Assembly (NCBI RefSeq): GCF_004010195.1
Contig: NC_057746.1
Location: 30,908,413-30,969,463 of the forward strand
Direction of reading: 5' to 3'
DNA: 61,051 bases
DNA from: Chiloscyllium plagiosum
Taxonomy: Eukaryota
Shown here: positions 51,958 through 61,051 of the stretch, one piece after another
Layout: each line of letters starts with the position of its first letter
How positions within the stretch are numbered: position 1 is the stretch's first letter
Position numbers and translations under genes: made by a program
Notes under the pieces: model-generated
The model's input: only the letters and a program-made list of their open reading frames with translations
The model's database searches: none
What the model was told of the DNA's origin: nothing

Positions 51958-52854
51958 GTTCACCCTCAGCACTTCCGGATTTAAAGCACTTTCGTTTCTC
52001 TCCTGCACCTGAGGCAAACACCTGCAGCTCAGTGGTTTCACGGGAAGCGATATCTCACCAATTCTGGAAAACGAAGTTATCTTACAGCACAGGAGGCCAT
52101 TCAGCCCGGCGTATGTCCGTGCTGAATGCTTGAAATCTCTCTCCTGTTTGCTCCTCACAACTCAGTTTTACCTGAGAAGTAGACGCCTAAAGTCCATGAC
52201 CTTCGGAAGTCGCTGAGAATCTTTTGTCACGGGCACTCGATGACTACAGGCATTCTATCCAACAAACAAACCAAAGGTATCTCTTGCACATAATAGACCA
52301 CATTCACATCCTTTTAAGTCCCCGGAAGGGTCCAACACCTGAACGGATCTCCATTTAACTTCAGTAGAAAGAGCTCAGTCTAGCCCCACTGCGCCATTTT
52401 TGAGAAAAAAAATGTTTATCCTCATTCTCCCCAGTTCTTCTGTAAATGATCTTCAGTGTCTGAGACCCCCCCCCCCCCCACACACACACACACACACTTT
52501 CCAGAGAAGACAAATCCATCCTGATTATCTCACCAAGCATTTTAATCTGAGATAGATGTTAGGTAAGGGATATAGGCCTAAGGGCAGGTGAATCCTCATT
52601 GAATGGCAGAATAGGTTCGAGGGGCTGAATGGCCTACTCTTCTTCCTTAGATCCTCCGTCAGCCTCTCGCCATTGTGAATCCTTGGTTTAGACCCTCCCT
52701 TTCCCTTCAAGACATAACCTTCTCTGCTTCAGGGAAGCAGTCCCAGAATTTTAATACTCTCACATAACCTGAAGGCCTTTGGTCCTCGAGTGAGCCTCTT
52801 CGCTGACCTGTATCAGCCCTTGACACTTTCCTGAAAATGCGATGCACTCAAGTG

Positions 52855-52904
52855 TATAAATTAACCCTTGATTCAGGCCAAATTGAATCAAGGGTTAATT
52901 TATA
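52855..52904. repeat. Perfect 21-bp inverted repeat with 8-nt spacer
   Basis: tataaattaacccttgattca-ggccaaat-tgaatcaagggttaatttata. Confidence 0.9.
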
Positions 52905-53249
52905 TTGGTTAAGGATCTTAGTCCATGATCTGGCTGAGTATTTGTAGCCGTCCTCATTAAAACACCAACTTCCTAAGTGTTAGCGAGCAGTGTGGGGAAT
53001 CCCGACTCAATGTCAGTGTTCCCTGGTCAAACCAGCCGTTGCTGTGCCTGGGTTCAGCTCCGGTTTCTATTCACAGATATGGCGCTGACAAGTTGCTGCC
53101 ATCTGCAGGAAGTCATGTCGCATTACAAGGGGAAAGTATAACCTCTGACCGTGCGTGTGCCACCCAGCATTAGAGTCAGTGAGGTGGTAGAAAAGCTGAA
53201 AAAAGGGACGGACGACGGAAGGAGCAGATGAGAATCTCTGCAGAAGATA

Positions 53250-53445
53250 ATAAGACATTGGAGCAGAAATTAGGCCATTGGGTCCATCCAGTCTGCTCCG
53301 CCAGTCAATCAGGGCTGATAGGTTTTTCAACCTCATTTTCCCACTTCCTCCCCATTACCTTTGATCCCCTTGGCAATCAAGAACTTAACTCTGTCTGTTT
53401 TAAATATACTCAATAATATGGCTTCAGCAGCCTTCTGTGGCAATG
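53250..53445 (-). mobile_element. CR1-like 3' end, reverse strand
   Basis: LPQKAAEA..LSIFK..FLIAKGIKG. Confidence 0.7.
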
Positions 53446-53670
53446 GATTTGCATCATCACAAAAACATTGTGGGCAAGAGATTATGCAGTCTTCCATTAT
53501 ATTCAAACCTTGGCTTGATGTCCCATTGCCAGGCCCCATGATTAAAGCAGGAAGCAGAAAGGAAGCGACCACTCAATGGACAGCTGCATTCTTCTCTCCC
53601 TGTCAGGCTTTTGTGCTCAAATCCCACTCTAGGAGCATGTATTTGGAAAGGCAAGGTCTGATTAGGGATA

Positions 53671-53710
53671 GGAGAATCGACGTTTCGGGCATAAGCCCTT
53701 CTTCAGGAAG
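53671..53710 (-). ncRNA. Minimal hammerhead ribozyme motif with intact core
   Basis: Reverse strand cttc-CTGAAGA-a-gggc[ttat]gccc-GAAAC-GTC-gattctcc; stem I is weak. Confidence 0.6.
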
Positions 53711-53829
53711 AAGGGCTTATGCCCGAAACGTCGATTCTCCTGTTCCCTGGATGCTGCCTGACCTGCTGCGCTTTTCCAGCAACACATTTTCAGCTCTGAT
53801 CTCCAGCATCTGCAGACCTCACTTTCTCC
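53672..53829 (+). mobile_element. Penelope-like short insertion with an inverted 5' end forming a palindromic hammerhead pair
   Basis: 15-bp TSD tctgattagggatag (53657-53671, 53830-53844); 35-bp perfect inverted repeat 53670-53704 / 53707-53741. Confidence 0.85.
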
Positions 53830-55109
53830 TCTGATTAGGGATAGTCAACATGGCTTTGTGCTTGGGAAATCATGTCTCACAAACTTGATTGAGTTTTTTG
53901 TAGAAGTGTAAAAGAGGATTGATGAGGGCAGAGCAGTGATGTGGACTTCAGTAAGGCGTTTGACAAGGTTCCCCATGGGAGACTGGTTAGGAAGGTTTGA
54001 TCTCACGGAAAACAGGGAGGACTTGCCATTTGGATACAGAACTGGCTCAAAGGTAGAAGTCAGAGGGTGGTGGTGGAGGGTTGTTTTTCAGACTGGAGGC
54101 CTATGACCAGTGGAGTGCCACAAGGTTCGGTGTTGTGTCCACTACTTTTCATCATTCATATAAATGATTTGGATGTGAGCATAAGAGGTATAGTTAGTAA
54201 GTTTGCTGAAAAAATCAAAATTGGATGTGTAGTGGACAGCGAAGAGGGTTACCTCAGATTACAACAGGATCTGGACCAGATAGGCCAATGGACTGAGAAG
54301 TGGCAGATGGAGTTTAAGTCAGATAAATGTGAGGTGCTGCATTTTGGGAAAACAAATCTTAGCAGGACTTATACAGTTAATGTAAGGTCTAGGGAGGGTT
54401 CTGAACAAAGAGACCTTGGCGTGCAGGTTCATAGCTCCTTGAAAGTGGAGTTGCTGGTAGATAGGATAGTGAAGAAGGCGTTTGGTATGCTTTCCTTTAT
54501 TGGTCAGAGTATTGAGTACAGGAGTTGGGAGGTCATGTTACGGCTGTACAGACATTGGTTAGGCCACTGTTGGAATATTGCGTGCAATTCTGGTCTCCTT
54601 CCCATTGGAAAGATGTTGTGAAACTTGAAAGGGTTCAGAAAAGATTTACAAGGATGTTGCCAGGGTTGGAAGATTTAAGCTATAGGGAGACACTGAACAG
54701 GCTGGGGCTGTTTTCCCTGCAGTGTCAGAGGCTGAGGGGTGACCTTATAGAGGTTTACAAAATTATGCGGGGCATGGATAGGGTAAATAGACAAAGTCTT
54801 TTCCCTGGGGTTGGGGAGTCCAGAACTAGAGGGCATCAGTTGAGGGTGAGAGGGGAAAGATATAAAAGAGACCTAAGGGTCAACTTTTTCACACAGAGAG
54901 TGGTACATGTATGGAATGAGCTGCCAGAGGAAGTGGTGGAGGCTGATACAATTACATTTAAGAGGCATATAAATAGAAAGGGTTTGGAGGGATATGGGCC
55001 GGGCGCTGGCAGGTGGAACTAGATTGGGTTGAGATATCTGGTCGGCATGGACGGGTTGGACCGAAGGGTCTGTTTCCATGCTGTACATCTCTATGACTCT
55101 ATGACTCGA

Positions 55110-57900
55110 TGGCAGACAAGCTTCTCTCTGAGTCTCCAACAGACTGGTGGGAAACTGACAAAAGGTTCTTTATCCTCAAAGGTATTCGGAAGGTGAGAGA
55201 GAGAGGCGGGGAAAACTGTTCACACTCCAGAAAGCCAGGCAGACGCTGCTCCTGCTGCAGATGATGGAAGTGGATGTTACGGAAGATCTCCAGGAGGTGA
55301 GGAGCCTGCAAGCCTCACTCTCTGCCTCCAAGATAATTTTCCGGTCTAGGGTCTACTCAGTGGAACAGGATGAGGCGTGCTCACGTTTCTTCTTCCAGAA
55401 GGTGCACAGGGAGAGCTCCGTGCTCAGCAGACCGAAAGAAGAAGTTGGCTCGGTAACGTCATCTCAGGCTGACATCCTGAGGATCTGCAAATCCTTTTAT
55501 TGCCAGTCTGTTTGACCCAAAGCCCAGAGGCAGCTTTCCTGTCCTCGATCACGGAGAACTTAGACAACAGAACACGGGAGAGGCTGGACCAGCCGCTATC
55601 TTTGGGAGAGCTGACAAAGGCCCTCAAGTCCATAGAAAAGAATAAAACTCCCAGAAGCGATGGCTTACCGATTGAGCTCTATTCCGCTCTGTGGGACTTT
55701 ATTGGCCAGGACCTGCTGGAGGTGTATGTCAGTATGCTTCGGGCAGGTACTATGAGTGAATCCATGAGGAAAGGCATCATCACCCTCATCTACAAGCGGA
55801 AGGGGGAGAGGGAGGAAATCAAAAATTGGAGACCAACCTTACTGTTAAATGTGGACTACAAAATCCTCTCTAAGGTCATTGCCAAATGGGTTAGGTCTGC
55901 TCTGGGGTCAGTGATTCACCCTGACCAAACCTGTGCAGGAAAATCACTGAGAGTCTTGCACTCCTCAGGGATATGATCGCCTAAGTGCAGGACAGTAGGG
56001 TGGACACCTGTCTGATCAGCCTGAACCAGGAGAAAGCCTTTGACAGGATATCACACACGTATGTGAGAGATGTTCTCTCCAAAATGGGCTTTGGGGAGGG
56101 ATTCTGCAATTCGCTCTGACTGCTCTACACCAACATCGTCAGTGCAGTCTCAATCAACGAGTGGGAATTTGAAAGCATCCCGATCAGACCCAGAGTCAGG
56201 CAGGGCTGCCCTCTCTCTCCTGCCTTGTTTGAGTGTTGTATGGAGCCCTCTGCCGAGTCCATCAGGAAGGATGCGAGCCTGAGAGGGGCGACTATTCCTG
56301 GCAGCGGGGGCCTACAGGTTAATGCCTCCCTGTACATGGATGATGTCACAGTTTTCTGCACGGATCCACCGTCCGTGCACAGACTCATGTGCATATGTGA
56401 CCAGATTGACCGGGATTCAGGAGTCAAGTTAAACCGAGGCAAAAGCGAGGCCATGCTCTTCGGGAACTGGGCCAACCAATCCTAGATCCCCTTCACCATC
56501 AGGACTGACCACCTGAAGGTGCTGGGTATTTGGTTCGGAGGGGCTAGGGCATGCACCAGGTCTTGGGAGGAGCGTGTCATTAAAGCGAGTCAGAAATTGG
56601 GCAGATGAGAGCACCAGTCACTCTCCATGGCTGGTAAAAACATGGTTATCAGGTATGAGTTGTATGTGGCTCAGGTCTGGCCTACTTCACGAACCTTTGC
56701 TGCCGCAGTAATCCACTTCATTTGGAGGTCAAAGATGTGCCGTATCCGAAGGGACATCAGGTATAAATATCTGGGCAAAGGGGAAAGAACACAGCCAATG
56801 CTACCCTCACCCTGATGGCTACCTTTGTGTGTGGCTGCATCAAGCTGCGCATACACCCTTGCTATGCAAACACCAAGTGTCACTACGTACTGAGGTTCTA
56901 CCTGTCCCCGGTGTTGCGAAGGATGGGCCTGGCCTCGCTGCCACAGAATGCTCCAAGTAGTTGGACCGCTTCATACTACCTGTCCCTCATGGAGAAATTT
57001 GTGAAGAAAAACACCTTTGACCACAAACCAAAAGAGAAAATGCTGGAAAGTCTCAGCAGGTCTGGCAGCATCTGTAAGGAGAGAAAAGAGCTCCACAGTA
57101 ATTTGCTTTTAACCTTTGACCACAAGTCCACAGGAAGTGGTCAGCACGTAGTGTCCTTGAGACCCTTCAGGAAAAGGAGAGGGCGGATCCTATCGAGCGG
57201 TTCCCTGAGCAGACTGTCAAAGTCATCGGCAGAATGTTTCATCACCAGAACTTTCCAACAAGCATCAAGACATGGCTTGGCTGGTGGTGAGAAGGGCTCT
57301 GCCTGTGAGATCCTTTATGCAGGCCCGGACTCTTGGCCACACCGCACACTGCCCTCAAAGCGGCTGCGGGGGGGACGAGACTGTCACACACCTCCTTCTG
57401 GAATGTGCCTACACAAAGGAAGTCTGGAGAGGAATGCAGTGGTGTTTGTCGAGGTTCGTCCCGAGCAGCACCGTGACGCGGGACTCCATGCTCTACGGTC
57501 TGTTCCCTGGGACGCACACCGAGACGAACATCAACTGTGCCTAGAGGAGCATCAACTGTGCCTAGAGGACCAAAGATGCTCTTTGGTCTGCCTGAAACCT
57601 GCTTGTCTTCCAGCTGAAGGAGTTGACCCTGACTGAGTATTGCAGACTGGCACATTCCAAGGTCCAGGACTATGTGCTGAGAGATGCACTAAAACCTAGG
57701 GCAGCTGCTTTAGTGAGAAAGACCACTGTGTAAGGCCCTTCTGCCAAAGAGTGACAAAGGTCCATTCAGTATTTGGGCCCTGCTGATGCTTCAGCTAAAT
57801 GCCAAGAGATTGGTTGTAAATATGCAGAATGCTGAACGTCAAGGCTTGTTCTCTCTAAATAAAGAGAGTATAGATCTGAATGGTTTCATTAACTGTAATG
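55110..57900 (+). mobile_element. Tx1/L1-clade LINE ORF2 remnant
   Basis: KTPRSDGLPIELY..KNWRPTLLLNVDYKILSK..HPDQT; SLYMDDV; zinc knuckle CPQSGC..ETVTHLLLEC. Confidence 0.9.
57027..57111 (-). mobile_element. Short Penelope-like terminal fragment inside the Tx1 element
   Basis: 14-bp TSD acctttgaccacaa (57013-57026, 57112-57125); atgctggaaa.tctcagcaggtctggcagcatc. Confidence 0.65.
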
Positions 57901-57903
57901 CAC

Positions 57904-60122
57904 TGTTACGACACAGGTAAACTCTCCTGCTTAATTTGGGATTTCTTTTGCTACCTTCACTAATGCCACTGGCTTAGCTTCTTTTACATCTTCTTTTCCC
58001 ACAGTGCCTTTCTTTAACGACCAGCACTGTGTCTATACATGTCACACTTTACCACAGTAGAAACATCTTTTCCCAGTGCCCTTCTGAAATTACCAGCACT
58101 GTAATTTTCTGTGTCCCACTCCATTACAGTGAAAACACCTGAGGCCTTTCACCTCCTGTCCACCCTCTTGGGCTTCTTCTTTAACTTGTGGTAAACTCTT
58201 AGCTGTGCACTCGACTCTTGGTTTCATAGTGTAGGATCTCCCCTTCTCCCAACTTTTATCCCTCACAGGACGAAAGTCTGGCCAGAAGCTTGTCTTACGC
58301 ACCAACATGCACTCACCTGCTAATTCTGCTGCCCTTCTCACTTCCTGAACTTTCTGTCCCCCATGTGAATTCTTACCATCTCTGGAAGTGAGTTTTTAAA
58401 CTTCTCCAGCAGAATAAACTTGCTTCACGCCTCAAAGGTCCTATCTATTTTTAAAGCACGCACCCACCTATCAAAGTGACTATGTTTTATTCTTTCAAAT
58501 TCAACATAAGTCTGACCTAGTTCTTTCTTTGTGTTTCTGAACCATTGTCTATGTGCTTCTGGTACCAATTCATAAGCACATAAAATAACCTGTTTAATCT
58601 CTTCATAATCTCTTGACACCTCACCAGCAAATATCTCACTTATTCTGCCTACCACTTTAGACTGAATTAGCATTACCCATAAATCCTCGGACCACTCCAT
58701 CTGCCTAGCCAATTTATCAAATGAAATAAAGAAGCTTCTACATCTTTCTCATCAAAATGTGGCAGAGTTTTGACATAAATATGTATCACAACTTTCAACT
58801 TTAATCTCCATCCTGTTAACTTGACTTTGCTGTCTAAGTTGTGACTTCTCAAAGTTCAAATTCTCTCTTTCTCTCTCCCTTTCTTCTCTCTCTCTGTGCT
58901 CAGCCAAGGACCTTCTCTCGCTCTCTCTTTTCCCTCTGTCTCTCTCTTCTCTCTCTCCTCTCTCTCTTTCCCTTTCTCCCTCCCTTTCCTTATCTTTTAA
59001 CTCCATTTTTCTCAATTGTAATTTTAGTTTTTCTACCTCTACTGCACTTGTCTGTTTCTCTGACACACCTAGTGTTTGAGTAACCCCTTTACAATGTCAG
59101 CTTTACTTTTGTCCTCAGTTAAACCCAAATCTAACTTATTTGTTAATTCTAAAAGTATGGCCTTTTTCTTTCCTTCTAAACTTTCCCAGCAAACTTGAAA
59201 ACCATCTTCAAATCCCAAAACCTCTTTTGCAATTTTTCTCTCACTTTTAATTTAATCAACCACAAGTCACCGAAATTAAACAATTTGTCTCACCTGTGTT
59301 TGATTTAAAGATCTAGAACATTGACCTGCAAGTGTTTAAATCTGCTGGGATCTTTTGTACTCCAAATCTATTCAAATGTGTCTAAACCTGTTCAAATCAT
59401 GGATCCGAGCCCCCAAACTGTTATGACACAGGGTAAACCCTCCTGCTTAATTTAAAGCCAGCAACACAGAAAAGATTTATCCTGTGCATTAATCTGTAAA
59501 AATTAAAGTGGACAAGAACTATGCAAAGTAAAAATTAACAACTTTATTTCTTAAAGTATAACAAAGAATAATCAACTAAACACTATTTACAATTTCTTTC
59601 TCTAACCTATCTTTTACCTTCCCTTCTATATTACCAGTGTGATAAAACTCCCAATTAAGATTTACAAAACAACACTTCTTATTTCAAAATGAGGCAGCTG
59701 TTGATTCTTGTCTTTGGATCTTCCTGTGCCGTATTTTCTCCTTGTTAGGAATTTCTGCATCACAGGTTACTGATCGAAAAGGGACTTTTAAGACAGAGGA
59801 TTTTTCAAGCAGTCTGGTACATGCTAGGTTTGGCATTTCTCCTCTCAAGTGTTTGGTTTTTCCCCGTTCTTATACCTCAGAGCATCGGATTGTGTCATTG
59901 GCTTTTAAGATTGTCAATATATTCAATTCAAACTGGATTAGAATTTAATATTTTTTGGGGTATAATTTAAAGTTATTGACCAAATTCGAATTTGTTTTTT
60001 GTCTCCAGGCAATCAGCTAATCGAGTTGTTCGACCGTGTGTTACACTGTTACCTTATTGAGATCACTTGGTGCTGTGTCCAGCAGTTCTGCTGTTTTTAA
60101 TTCTCTTATAGGTACACCCACA
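57904..60122 (-). mobile_element. Gmr1-like Gypsy element: 5' LTR (about 60122-59419), tRNA-Pro-type PBS, SCAN-domain gag with CCHC knuckle; pol deleted, 34-bp stub of the 3' LTR
   Basis: AYELVPEAHRQWFR..FDRWV (SCAN-like); CFHCNGVGHRKLQC; tgggggctcg adjacent to the LTR end; LTR terminus repeated at 57904-57937. Confidence 0.8.
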
Positions 60123-60823
60123 TAAAGATTTATTTTTATGAAGAAAGCATATTTTTACAATAAATAAAATCTGGGACTAAAGCTCCAAGGCAGTGCTATT
60201 GAAAGGAGAGCTCTAGTATTTCTCACAAGGGGAAATATCCTTTCAGAACCTGGAATACTTTGCAAACGACAATAAACATTGTCAGCTATAGGTGGCGCTG
60301 ATGGTTCTAGTATGACTTGAATGGTGAAGCCTAGTGAAAGGTACTCCCTAGTGAATGGCATAGCCTATTGGCAATGTCTTGTTGAGATTAGCTTTGATGC
60401 AGAGGGACAAACTCAGAGGAACAGGAGGAGACCATTCAGCACTTCTCCCCCCCCTCCCAAAGGCGACAATGTTATTACATTAGATCATAGCTGAATTGTA
60501 TCTTAATTCTATTCACTCACATTATCTCAAAACTGCCTAAGCTAAGCAATCTTTAGAACAATGTTTGAATACTGAGAGTTTTGCAAAGTGAGTTCCTCAA
60601 TGAAAAAAAATTTCCATCTAAAATCCCTACCTCTTACCATCACTGAACTTCCTGGTTATGGAGTGTTCACTATGGGAACGGAATTTACCAACCCACTCAA
60701 TCTAGAACACTTCCCTCTGTGCCCTCTATTAAAATAAAACGGCCCCAGCCAGCCTAATCTCTGAGCAAAATTAAAACTCTCCAGTCCAGACAACATGATC
60801 ATAAGCTTCCCTGTCTCCTCTGG

Positions 60824-61051
60824 GACAACAGGGTATGGGAAACACAGGGGGCTGGGGACATCAGGGTAAGGGATACACAGGGGGCTGGGACAACAGGGTA
60901 TGGGAAACACAGGGGGCTGGCGACAACAGATAATGGGAAACACAGGGGACTGGAGACAATAGGGTGTGGGATACACAGGGGGCGGGGACAATAAGGTATG
61001 GGCTACACAGGGGGCAGGGGACAACAGGGTATGGGAAACACAGGGGGCTGG
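60824..61051. repeat. 33-bp minisatellite, about 7 copies, running off the window end
   Basis: Unit gacaacagggtatgggaaacacagggggctggg. Confidence 0.9.

Larger units (their letters stand above)
53635..55105 (+). mobile_element. CR1/HER1 LINE ORF2 RT to the 3' end
   Basis: TSGVPQGSVL; RPLLEYCVQFWSP; tail ctctatgactctatgactc. Confidence 0.92.

Noticed and set aside
60824-61051. CRISPR-like periodic array
   Set aside because: Contiguous tandem units with no unique spacers, no cas genes, eukaryotic context

Overview
Eukaryotic genomic DNA, AT-rich, with six N-gaps. The TE repertoire (CR1/HER1-type LINEs, Deu-domain SINEs, Tx1, Penelope-like fragments) suggests a cartilaginous fish; this is inference. 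The window holds a cluster of five TRIM (RING-B-box-coiled-coil[-PRY/SPRY]) paralogues with a shared 411/96/234/23/~116-bp exon pattern. They form two head-to-head pairs from a segmental duplication (A-/B+, C-/D+) plus gene E (-). E is the only copy with a complete B30.2 exon in view (predicted 475 aa). C is frameshifted, and B has lost its exon-5 donor. ISRE/IRF-like motifs lie just upstream of the start codons. The rest is mostly decayed CR1, Tx1, Gypsy (including a SCAN-domain Gmr1-like gag) and Harbinger sequence. The least obvious signal is a set of short, TSD-flanked Penelope-like insertions carrying minimal hammerhead-ribozyme motifs. One has an intact core in the sense orientation in intron 2 of TRIM-D, one forms a perfect palindrome, and one landed on and duplicated the start codon of TRIM-A. 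All coordinates were read by hand, and TE boundaries are approximate.
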